A stretch of 13,950 bases of DNA, taken from Candidatus Latescibacterota bacterium. GTDB taxonomy: Bacteria; Latescibacterota; UBA2968; UBA8231. Location: positions 1-13,950 of the forward strand of contig CBDBIJ010000011.1 in the NCBI GenBank assembly GCA_965205655.1, read 5' to 3'. The notes beneath the pieces were generated by a model. It searched no databases. It worked only from the letters and a program-made list of their open reading frames with translations, and was not told the DNA's origin. The position numbers and the translations under genes are program-made. This document shows positions 1 to 9,328 of the stretch, piece by piece (position 1 is the stretch's first letter; each line of letters begins with the position of its first letter).

Positions 1-2
1 CC

Positions 3-119
3 GGGTACACGATGGGGTGGATGGCTCCACCTCCGACTTCGGTTTCGGAGAAGAGGAGGGGGGACACCGCGATCGAAGAGGAAAGTTGGGGCAGGGTCAA
101 GTCTGAGACGCACGACTGA
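3..119 (+). CDS. 3' end of a protein truncated by the window edge, ending in a short W-G-x-x-K C-terminal motif; product unknown
   Basis: Frame starting at 3 is open and reads GYTMGWMAPPPTSVSEKRRGDTAIEEESWGRVKSETHD, with TGA at 117-119. A terminator-like hairpin follows. The tail TAIEEESWGRVK matches TAVANEGWGEIK in the DUF3179 protein at 10160-10125. Not in the supplied ORF track. Confidence 0.7.
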   Translation, partial: GYTMGWMAPPPTSVSEKRRGDTAIEEESWGRVKSETHD

Positions 120-162
120 CGACCTCTGCGTCTGACGGCACTTCGTTTCGCCGATTGACAGG

Positions 163-196
163 GCCGCGTTCCTCAAAGGGACGCGGCTTCTTCTTT
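163..196 (+). terminator. Rho-independent terminator
   Basis: GCCGCGTTCCT (163-173) pairs with AGGGACGCGGC (177-187), with one G-U pair and a 3-nt loop, followed by TTCTTCTTT (188-196). It lies between two convergent stop codons (119 and 199). Confidence 0.8.
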
Positions 197-198
197 GG

Positions 199-1086
199 TC
201 AGGCACGGTCGAGCGCTTCGCGCACGGCGGCAGCCGACTGCTCGCAGTATTCGGCAACGGTGTCGAAGGCGATACAGTTGACGCCGAGCTCGACACAGGC
301 GACGGCGGTGTTGCCGATTCCGAGAAACGGATCGAGGACGAGGCGGGTGCGCTCGAGTCCGTGGAGCTCGATGCACATTGTAGGAATCTTGACGGGGAAG
401 GAAGCGGGGTGGGGGCGCTGCTTTTCGCGGCTGCGTATCGTCTTGTACGGCACGAACCAGGTGTTGCCGCGACAGCGACGGTCGTCTTTGGCGCTGCTCC
501 AGCGGCTGACGTTCGACTTGTCCTGATATTCCACGCCGATGGCAAGTCGATCGAGCTCGACGTCACCTTTCTTCGTGAGATGAAAGATGTACTCGTGGCA
601 GTCGTTGACGTATCGCGGGCTATTGATCGGCTTGAAGTGCCCCACAGAGACGTTCGATTCGATTCCCGCGTAGCGGCCCACGTCTTCCTTCTGGATGGCG
701 ACGGACTTGATCCAGTGGATGACATTCTGCAGGACGAAGCAGTCCCGCAGCTCGCTCAACACCTCGAAGGGTCCCCAGGGATCGGAGGGTTTGCCGCCGA
801 TGTTGAGGAACACGGAGCCCCGGTCGCTGAGGATTTCCGCTATGGCGCCCCCCCATTCGCCCATCCACCGGACATACTCGTCGCGGCCGATGGTGTCGTC
901 ATAGCCGCTGTAGACGGTGCCGAGGTTGTATGGTGGTGAGGTGACGACGACGTCGACGGTTCCCGGCTCGAGGATCCGGTTCATGCCGGCGACACAGTCG
1001 GTGTTGTATATCGCGACCGAGCGGCCGTCGCCGTGGGGAATGCGACAGTCCGATGGCCGCGCTGGAGAGCTCGTGATGCCTGTCAT
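199..1086 (-). CDS. site-specific DNA methyltransferase, N4-cytosine/N6-adenine, beta class
   Basis: Catalytic motif IV VVVTSPPYN near the N-terminus, HPASFP, and SAM-binding motif I VLDPFLGIGNT near the C-terminus; this IV-before-I order defines the beta class. The ATG follows GAAGGA, 8 nt after the ggt stop. Confidence 0.92.
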   Translation of the reverse strand: MTGITSSPARPSDCRIPHGDGRSVAIYNTDCVAGMNRILEPGTVDVVVTSPPYNLGTVYSGYDDTIGRDEYVRWMGEWGGAIAEILSDRGSVFLNIGGKPSDPWGPFEVLSELRDCFVLQNVIHWIKSVAIQKEDVGRYAGIESNVSVGHFKPINSPRYVNDCHEYIFHLTKKGDVELDRLAIGVEYQDKSNVSRWSSAKDDRRCRGNTWFVPYKTIRSREKQRPHPASFPVKIPTMCIELHGLERTRLVLDPFLGIGNTAVACVELGVNCIAFDTVAEYCEQSAAAVREALDRA

Positions 1087-1094
1087 TCCTTCAT

Positions 1095-2726
1095 CTACCA
1101 GCCAAGGGCGTAGCCGTCACGCCTCGGATCGGCGCCGCCCATGAAGGCACCGGATTCGGGATCGATCGCAATTCCCTGTCCGCCACCCACTCCCATCGAC
1201 CACTCCTCGATCGGACTGATTTGGTGCCCCTTCGTTTCCAGCTCGGCCAGGACGTCGCCGTCGATGCGTCGCTCGGCGTTTACGACGTATCCGGACGTCG
1301 CTCTGACGCGAGGGGCCTCAATGGCGGCCTGAATGTTTACCCGGTGATCGATGATATTCATGATCATCTGAGGCGTGGTCTGCAGAATGCCGTAGCTACC
1401 CGGCGTACCGATGAGGAATCGCAGGCCGTCCTCATCCCAGGCCAACACCGGCGACATGCACATCTCGATTTTCTTCGAGGGGCAGATAGCGTTGGGGCTG
1501 CCGGGCTCGAGATCGAACCAGTTCATGAAGTTGTTCAGGGCGATCCCGGTTCCGGGAACCACCATGGCGGAACCGAAGGCGCTGCCGAGGCTCTGAGTGA
1601 CGGCCACCGCATTGCCGTCGGCGTCGACGACATCGAAGTGGGTGGTGCACTCCGTTTTGGTCCAGGCGCGGGGATCCCCTGCCGAAACCTCCTGCTCCAG
1701 CTTGTCCTCGGTGTAGGTTTCGCCTCCAACAGGTCGGGCGCGATCGCCGATCAGGGCACGGCGCTCGGCGGCATATCCCTTGGAAAGCAAGCCCGTCAAA
1801 TCAGGACCGTCGGCTTTGGCATAGGCGATGCGGTCGGCGATGGAGAGTTTGGCGGCCTCGATGAAGTAATGCAGCGTTTCGGTCGTGTTGTGCCCCAGCT
1901 CCGCCACATCGAAGCCCTCCATCATGTTGAGGGTCTGCAGGAACTGAAAGCCCTGACAGGGCCGCGGCGGTACCCAGATCTGGAAACCGCGGTAGTCGAC
2001 GCTAATCGGATCGAGCCACACCGGTTCGAATCCGGTGAGATCTTCCTTCGTTATGAGGCCGCCAGTCTCCGCCATGAAGGCGGCGATGATGTCGGCGATC
2101 TCGCCGGTGTAAAAGATCTCGGGTCCGGACTCGGCGACGGCGCGGAAGGTCTCGGCGAGGTCCTCCTGGATCAACACGTCGCCGGGCCGGGGTGCCCTGC
2201 CGTTGCTCAGGTAGGTGGAGGAAGAGGACGGGTACTTGCGAAACTCATCCGCAGACTCATCGAAGAAGAAGGCGTTCTTGACGGTTATGGCGATACCGTT
2301 TTCGGCGAGGTCGATGGCTGGAGCGAACACGGCGGCGGCGTCCATGGTGCCGTAGCAGCGCAGGGCTTCCAGCCATCCGCCGCAGGCGCCCGGGGTCAGC
2401 ACCGAGAGCGGCCCGCGATTCTTGTTGTCGCTGTCGAAGAGGTCGAGCTGTGCCGCCTTTGGGGCAAGGCCGACATAGTCGAGGACTTTGTGCTCGCCGG
2501 AGCTGGCGTGGTAGACGTGCATGTAACCCTCGCCGCCGATTCCGGACATGTAGGGTTCGGCGACGTTGAGGGCGGCGGCGGTCGCTACCGCCGCATCGAT
2601 GGCGTTGCCGCCATCAATGAGGATGCGGACGCCGGCAAGTGACGCGGTAGGATTGGCAGAAGACACGAGGCCTCGCCGCCCGGTGACAGTCGGGCGATGG
2701 ACGAGCCCTCGCGAGGAAAACGCCAT
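1095..2726 (-). CDS. ggt: gamma-glutamyltransferase family protein (Ntn hydrolase), probably cytoplasmic
   Basis: GGNAIDAAVATAAALNVAEPYMSGIGG, autoprocessing site EC-TTHFDVVDADGNAV, FGSAMVVPGTGIALNN, GTPG, C-terminal GGADPRRDG. No hydrophobic signal peptide. Confidence 0.93.
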   Translation of the reverse strand: MAFSSRGLVHRPTVTGRRGLVSSANPTASLAGVRILIDGGNAIDAAVATAAALNVAEPYMSGIGGEGYMHVYHASSGEHKVLDYVGLAPKAAQLDLFDSDNKNRGPLSVLTPGACGGWLEALRCYGTMDAAAVFAPAIDLAENGIAITVKNAFFFDESADEFRKYPSSSSTYLSNGRAPRPGDVLIQEDLAETFRAVAESGPEIFYTGEIADIIAAFMAETGGLITKEDLTGFEPVWLDPISVDYRGFQIWVPPRPCQGFQFLQTLNMMEGFDVAELGHNTTETLHYFIEAAKLSIADRIAYAKADGPDLTGLLSKGYAAERRALIGDRARPVGGETYTEDKLEQEVSAGDPRAWTKTECTTHFDVVDADGNAVAVTQSLGSAFGSAMVVPGTGIALNNFMNWFDLEPGSPNAICPSKKIEMCMSPVLAWDEDGLRFLIGTPGSYGILQTTPQMIMNIIDHRVNIQAAIEAPRVRATSGYVVNAERRIDGDVLAELETKGHQISPIEEWSMGVGGGQGIAIDPESGAFMGGADPRRDGYALGW

Positions 2727-2813
2727 TAGACACGGATCCTCACGCCGGTTAGCTTCATTTTCGCGTGGGGAACAAAGGGTGCGAAAGCATAACGCGAGTC
2801 AGAGGCAAAGGCA

Positions 2814-3908
2814 ATGTCACGGCGAATCGTCGACCTGAGAAGCGACACCATCACGCTGCCGACCGAGGAGATGAGGGAGGCGATGAGGCACGCGGAGCTC
2901 GGGGACGACTGTTACGGCGAAGATCCGACGGTGAACCGCCTCGAAGAGCTGGCGGCTGAAACCATGGGTACGGAGGCAGCAGCGTTGGTGACTTCCGGCA
3001 CCATGGGAAACACGTGCGCCATCCTGGCGCATACGCGGCTGGGCGACGAGATAATCGCCGAGCAGTACTGCCACATCTACAACTGGGAAGCGGGTGGTTA
3101 CGCCAACATCGCAGGGGTGGTTGTGCGGCCAGTCGAAGCGGAACACGGAATCATCAAACCGGATCAGCTCGACGAGCTCATCCGTCCCACCGACAACCCG
3201 CACCTGCCGCTCTCGAGGCTCCTCTGCATCGAGAACACCCACAACATGAGCATCGGCCAGGCGTGGAGTCCGGCCGAGGTGGAGGCGGTGACCGCGGCCG
3301 CACATGGGTATGACCTCAAAGTCCATATGGATGGGGCGCGGGTCTTCAACGCAGCGGTAGCGCTGGGGGTCGAGCCGGCGGAGTATGGGCGCCGCGTCGA
3401 TTCGGTGACCTTCTGTCTGTCCAAGGGAATGAGCGCCCCCGTTGGCTCGCTCCTGTGCGGCAGTGAGGAATTCATCTATCACGCCAGGCGGGCGCGCAAG
3501 CGCCTCGGCGGAGCCATGCGTCAGGCGGGCGTCATCGCCGCCGCCGGTATCGTCGCCATCGAACGATGCCGCGACTGGATACAGCAGGATCACGCAAACG
3601 CCCGCAGGCTGTGGGAAGGCCTCGCCGAGATCGACGGAGTAGCCACAGCACTGGCGCCGCGAGCGACGAACATGGCCTTCATGGACGTGTCCGCACTAGG
3701 TTGGGACACGCCCGAGCTGGTGGCGCGCCTCAAGGAGATCGGCGTGCTGGTCAACCCGCGTCCCAGCTCGCGGGTGCGGCTGACGACACATCGCTGCGTG
3801 AGTGCTGATGATGTGGAGTACGTGATTGGAACGGTCGGTTCGATGATGAGTCCGAGCGCGTTTCGCGCTTCCGCGATCCGCGCTTCCGCGATCCGCGCCA
3901 GCGCCTGA
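2814..3908 (+). CDS. ltaE: low-specificity L-threonine aldolase (PLP-dependent)
   Basis: DLRSDT, GDDCYGEDPTVNRLE, SGTMGN, ENTHN, HMDGARVFNAA, PLP lysine in CLSKG, GGAMRQAG. Preceded by GAGG/AAGG. Confidence 0.92.
   Translation: MSRRIVDLRSDTITLPTEEMREAMRHAELGDDCYGEDPTVNRLEELAAETMGTEAAALVTSGTMGNTCAILAHTRLGDEIIAEQYCHIYNWEAGGYANIAGVVVRPVEAEHGIIKPDQLDELIRPTDNPHLPLSRLLCIENTHNMSIGQAWSPAEVEAVTAAAHGYDLKVHMDGARVFNAAVALGVEPAEYGRRVDSVTFCLSKGMSAPVGSLLCGSEEFIYHARRARKRLGGAMRQAGVIAAAGIVAIERCRDWIQQDHANARRLWEGLAEIDGVATALAPRATNMAFMDVSALGWDTPELVARLKEIGVLVNPRPSSRVRLTTHRCVSADDVEYVIGTVGSMMSPSAFRASAIRASAIRASA
3864..3898 (+). repeat. 15-bp tandem repeat (about 2.3 copies) in the ltaE 3' end
   Basis: CGCGCTTCCGCGATC at 3864-3878 and 3879-3893, then CGCGC. 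Encodes RASAI-RASAI-RA. Confidence 0.9.
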
Positions 3909-6314
3909 GTGGTCATCCTTCTGCTGCTCGGCGTCACCGGTTTGTGGGCCGCAGCCCTCGCAGAAAGCGACAGCGGGCAGGCCCGGGCGAACCGACTGCA
4001 GTATGAAACGAGTCCCTACCTCCTTCTCCACGCCCACAACCCGGTAGACTGGTACCCCTGGGGTCCCGAGGCGTTCGCCCGGGCGCGCTCGGAGGACAAG
4101 CCCATCTTCCTGTCCGTGGGATACACCACCTGCTACTGGTGCCACGTGATGGAGCGGAAGGTCTTTGCCAACGCCGAGATCGCAGCGCTGATGAACGAGT
4201 GGTTCGTCAACATCAAGGTGGACAGGGAGGAGCGGCCCGACATCGATCAGATCTACATGACCGCCACTCACCTGGTGAACCGCAGCGGCGGCTGGCCGAA
4301 TTCCGTTTTTCTCACTCCCGAGCTGAAACCATTTTTCGCAGGGACCTACTTTCCCCCTGAGGACTATCACGGTCGACCCGGGTTTCCGCGGGTATTGCGG
4401 GCTTTGCAGGAGGCCTGGCAAACGAGTCGGGACGAGGTCGAGGCGACGGCCCAGCAGCTCACAGCCGCTATACGTCAGGCCCGGGCGGACCGCAACGAGC
4501 CCATGGCTCCTGACACGTCGGTGATCAGTGACGCCCTGTCACAAATCGCAGCGCGCTACGACGCCTCCAACGGCGGCTTTGGTGGCGCGCCGAAGTTTCC
4601 GCCGGCGATGAGGCTCGACCTGTTGCTGGACGCCTGGGAGGAAGAGGGCAATGAAAGAGCGCTGAAGATCGTCAACCACACGCTCGCATCGATGGCGAGC
4701 GGCGGCATCTACGATCAGATCGGCGGCGGGTTCCATCGCTATTCGACAGATGCGAAGTGGAGAGTGCCCCACTTCGAGAAGATGCTCTACAACCAGGCTC
4801 ATCTGACGCGCATCTACACGAGAGCCTATGCGCTGACGGGCGATGAGCGCTGGGGCGAAGTGGCGCGAGATATCCTGCGCTACGTCGACAGGGAGATGAC
4901 CTCCGTGGCGGGCGGGTTCTACTCCGCCCTCGACGCCGAGACCGATGCGGTCGAAGGGAAGTACTACGTGTGGACGGAGGGGGAGATACGGGAGGCGCTG
5001 GGGGACGGCGCGGAACTGTTCCTGGTGGTGTACGGCCTGGCGCCTATGCCGGAGGGAGATGAGATGGTGGTGTACGAAAAGGCTTCGACGGCGACTGTGG
5101 CGAGTGAGCATGGGATGCAGGTGTCGCAGCTCAAGGAAGTGCTCGAGAAGGCGAGAAGCGAGCTGTTGCGGGTCCGCCAGGGACGCGAATACCCGCTGTT
5201 GGACGACAAGTTCCTGACATCGTGGAACGGTATGATGATCGCGGCCTACGGCGATGCCTACGCCGTTTTGAAGGACGAGACGTATCGACGGACAGCAGAA
5301 GCGGCGGCGCTGTTTGTGATGGATCGTTTGGGTACGGCGTCTGGCGGGTTGAAGCGAGTTTTTCGGAACAATACGGTGAAGTACGACGGATTCCTGGAGG
5401 ACTACGCCTATTTCGCCGACGGACTGCTCGCGCTATACCGGGCGACGGGCGAGACGCGCTGGCTGCGAGCTGCCGAGAAAATCGCCGACGAGATGGTCGA
5501 GCACTTCTGGGACGAGGAGGACGGCGGATTCTTTTATACCGAAGGGGCAGGCGAGGACCTGATCGCGAGAAGCAAGAACGGGCAGGACTCGGCACTGCCC
5601 TCGGCAAACGGAGTGGCAGTCTCCTGCCTGCTCGAGCTGGCGCGGGAGACGGGACGACGGGATTTCCTCGACCGAGCGGAGCGGAGCCTGCACACCTTCG
5701 GCGGATCGATGGCGCAGTTCCCCAGTGGCTACACGCAGCTGGTGAGAGCGGCGAACATCTACTTGAAGACCGACTGGGACAGACTGGACGCGTACGCACA
5801 GGAGAAGAGCGAGGAATCGGCTGCCGGGCCGGAGTCCGGCCGCCTTGGCGTTGCGCTACCGGCGATCTCCTTGGCTGCCGACGAAAAGGCGATTCCAGAC
5901 TCGGTGCTGAGGGTCGCCGTAGATGTGTCCCAAAGCTTACCGTCTCCGGGCGAGCAATTTCTCGCAACTGTGCATCTGGAAATAGTCGAGGGTTGGCATG
6001 TGAACGCCAATCCGGCCGCCAACGAGTGGCTCATACCCACGTCGCTGACGATGAACGCGGAGCTTCCCCTGAGTCTCAGGGCGGTCGACTACCCTGTGGG
6101 AGCGCCGCTGTTCTCAGACGCCTTCGATGAGACGCTGAGCGTGTACGATGGGAGCGTCGAGCTACGCGCCGAAGTCGTCGTGGAGCCGGAAGCCGTGCCC
6201 GGACAAGAGGGGTTGATGCGATTGCTCGTGCAGTATCAGGCGTGCGACGAAACGCGATGTCTGCCGCCAGCGGACATGATCGAAGAGGTCAGCCTGAGGA
6301 TCGGGGATGAGTGA
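3909..6314 (+). CDS. YyaL/SPATA20-like (DUF255) thioredoxin domain protein with signal peptide and C-terminal DsbD-N-like domain
   Basis: [94 protein letters not shown]. The C-terminus has GWHVNANP and [12 protein letters not shown]. Hydrophobic N-terminus. The exact start is uncertain. Confidence 0.9.
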   Translation: MVILLLLGVTGLWAAALAESDSGQARANRLQYETSPYLLLHAHNPVDWYPWGPEAFARARSEDKPIFLSVGYTTCYWCHVMERKVFANAEIAALMNEWFVNIKVDREERPDIDQIYMTATHLVNRSGGWPNSVFLTPELKPFFAGTYFPPEDYHGRPGFPRVLRALQEAWQTSRDEVEATAQQLTAAIRQARADRNEPMAPDTSVISDALSQIAARYDASNGGFGGAPKFPPAMRLDLLLDAWEEEGNERALKIVNHTLASMASGGIYDQIGGGFHRYSTDAKWRVPHFEKMLYNQAHLTRIYTRAYALTGDERWGEVARDILRYVDREMTSVAGGFYSALDAETDAVEGKYYVWTEGEIREALGDGAELFLVVYGLAPMPEGDEMVVYEKASTATVASEHGMQVSQLKEVLEKARSELLRVRQGREYPLLDDKFLTSWNGMMIAAYGDAYAVLKDETYRRTAEAAALFVMDRLGTASGGLKRVFRNNTVKYDGFLEDYAYFADGLLALYRATGETRWLRAAEKIADEMVEHFWDEEDGGFFYTEGAGEDLIARSKNGQDSALPSANGVAVSCLLELARETGRRDFLDRAERSLHTFGGSMAQFPSGYTQLVRAANIYLKTDWDRLDAYAQEKSEESAAGPESGRLGVALPAISLAADEKAIPDSVLRVAVDVSQSLPSPGEQFLATVHLEIVEGWHVNANPAANEWLIPTSLTMNAELPLSLRAVDYPVGAPLFSDAFDETLSVYDGSVELRAEVVVEPEAVPGQEGLMRLLVQYQACDETRCLPPADMIEEVSLRIGDE

Positions 6315-6317
6315 AAC

Positions 6318-7070
6318 ATGCAGACAGATCGGTGTTTGACTGACAAAGTAGCGATCGTTACCGGCGCCGGCCGGGGAATCGGCGCGGCAGTCGGACGCAC
6401 CCTTGCGGGCGCCGGAGCCAAAGTGGCGCTGTGCGACATCGAGCTCGAGCTCGCCCGCCAAACAGCCGGCGAGCTGGGTGACAGCGCGACAGCATTCGAC
6501 CACGACATTTCAGTACCGGCGAACTGCGATCGCCTCGTGGCCGATACGAAAAGGGCCTTCGGCCGCGTTGACGTGCTGGTCAACTGCGCTGCCATCTGCC
6601 CGCGCATCGCCATGGAAGACATGACCGAGGAAGGATACGACTCGATCATGAACGTCAACCTCAAGTCGGTTTTCTTTCTTTCCCGGGCGGCTGGTGACGC
6701 GATGAGCGAGCACGGCTGGGGCCGCATCGTCAACATCGCGTCGATCGGCGGTCGCACGGGCGGCGTGGTTCGCTCCACCGTGTACGGGGCGAGCAAGGCC
6801 GGCGTCATCTCCATGACGAAGGCGTTCGCGCGCCACTACGCGACACATGGCATCCTGGTGAACTGCATCGCTCCGGGCGCTGTGGACACAAGGCTGATGC
6901 AGAACATCAGCGAAGAGGCGCTCCAGCAACATATCGACGCAGTGACTCTCAAGCGACTCTCGAGGCCGGATGAGCAGGCGGCAGTCGTGCTGTTTCTCGC
7001 CTCGGATGCGGCCTCGTACATGACCGGCGCCACGATTGACGTCAACGGCGGCGCCTTGATGCCGGACTGA
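6318..7070 (+). CDS. short-chain dehydrogenase/reductase (classical SDR, FabG-like)
   Basis: TGAGRGIG Rossmann motif, IVNIAS, catalytic YGASK, VNCIAPG, FLASDAASYMTG, VNGG. Starts 3 nt after the upstream stop. Confidence 0.93.
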   Translation: MQTDRCLTDKVAIVTGAGRGIGAAVGRTLAGAGAKVALCDIELELARQTAGELGDSATAFDHDISVPANCDRLVADTKRAFGRVDVLVNCAAICPRIAMEDMTEEGYDSIMNVNLKSVFFLSRAAGDAMSEHGWGRIVNIASIGGRTGGVVRSTVYGASKAGVISMTKAFARHYATHGILVNCIAPGAVDTRLMQNISEEALQQHIDAVTLKRLSRPDEQAAVVLFLASDAASYMTGATIDVNGGALMPD

Positions 7071-7104
7071 AGAAGGCTCGGAATAGGACACCAGGAGCTG
7101 ACGC

Positions 7105-8235
7105 ATGAAGATAACAGCGGTAACCGCGTACCCGCTGCGCTACCAGGAACCGAACGACCGGATGATGTGGCGCCACGTTACACTCGCCAAAATCGAAACC
7201 GATGCCGGCGCCGTCGGGTGGGGGGAGAGCATCTCCCAGTGGCCGGAAGCGGCGTTGGCGACGAAAGTCCTCATCGAGAAGGGTCTGGCGCCGCTGCTGA
7301 TCGGCAAGGACCCGACCCACAATGGCGCCCTGTATCGCGCCATGAAGGCTCACAACTGGTGGTACGGCGATACGGGGATGGCCAACTTCGCCGTCAGCGC
7401 TGTGGACATCGCGCTGTGGGACCTGAAGGGCAAGGCGCTCGGAGTGCCGGTGCATGTGCTGCTGGGAGGCAAGGTCCACGACAGGCTGCGGGCCTGTGCG
7501 AGTACCCATCCCTCAAAGGCGGAGATCAAGGACCTCGGCCAAGAGCTGGCCGAACACGCGGCTGCGGGCTACAGCGCTGTGAAAGTCGGATTCGGGAAAG
7601 CGGGCGAGGCCAATCTCGGCGTCGACGAGCGCCGCGACATCGAATATGTGAGGGCGGTGCGCAAGGCCATCGGGGAGGACGTCGACTTCATCGTCGACAT
7701 CGGCCAAAAGACGCGCTGGAACTACGCCAGCGGCGTACGGATGTCCCGCGAGTTCGAGCAATTCGGTCTACGTTGGATCGAAGATCCCTTTGCACCCGAG
7801 AACGTCGAGGCCTACTGCCATCTCCGCCAGAGCATCCAGACCCAGATCGGCGCCGGGGAGCGCAGCTGGGACACCGCTCAGTACGCCAGGTTCATCGCGC
7901 TGGGTGCCGCCGATATCTATCTCGTAGACCCGGGGCGAGCAAACGGCATCACCGGTTACAAGGAAGTCATGGAGCTGACCCGGGCGGCGGGCCTATACTT
8001 CAACGCGCACAGCTGGAGCACGGCGATCAACACCGCGGCAGCACTGCACGCGACCGCAACGGGGCACAACTACATCGTGTTCGAGCTGAAGCCGGTTCCA
8101 AGCCCGATGCAGAATGAGTTGGTCGGCGAGCCATTCATCCACAAAGACGGCTGGATCGAGGTACCGGATGCACCCGGTCTGGGTGTGGAGGTAGACGAAT
8201 CGGTCGTCGAGAAGTACGGCTTTACGGACTTCTGA
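7105..8235 (+). CDS. mandelate racemase/muconate lactonizing enzyme family protein (enolase superfamily)
   Basis: MKITAV start, ETDAGAVGWGE, SAVDIALWDLKGKALGVPVHVLLGG, metal ligands in IVD, WIEDP and AGE, His in NAHSW, VPDAPGLGVEVD. RBS AGGAG precedes the ATG. Confidence 0.92.
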   Translation: MKITAVTAYPLRYQEPNDRMMWRHVTLAKIETDAGAVGWGESISQWPEAALATKVLIEKGLAPLLIGKDPTHNGALYRAMKAHNWWYGDTGMANFAVSAVDIALWDLKGKALGVPVHVLLGGKVHDRLRACASTHPSKAEIKDLGQELAEHAAAGYSAVKVGFGKAGEANLGVDERRDIEYVRAVRKAIGEDVDFIVDIGQKTRWNYASGVRMSREFEQFGLRWIEDPFAPENVEAYCHLRQSIQTQIGAGERSWDTAQYARFIALGAADIYLVDPGRANGITGYKEVMELTRAAGLYFNAHSWSTAINTAAALHATATGHNYIVFELKPVPSPMQNELVGEPFIHKDGWIEVPDAPGLGVEVDESVVEKYGFTDF

Positions 8236-8241
8236 GAGTCG

Positions 8242-9306
<1,065 letters not shown>

Positions 9307-9328
9307 CGCGCTATCTGAAGAATACGAG

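Noticed and set aside
1221..2642. Long antisense or off-frame ORFs (1221..2642, 2817..3593, 5222..6130, 7167..8117, 10237..11154, 11852..12808, 12750..13859 and others)
   Set aside because: They are shadows of well-supported genes, expected in GC-rich DNA, and contain no recognisable motifs.
3906..3908. TGA between ltaE and the YyaL-like ORF as a second selenocysteine codon
   Set aside because: It is not at a conserved Cys position, lies between two unrelated proteins next to a signal peptide, and has no convincing downstream hairpin.
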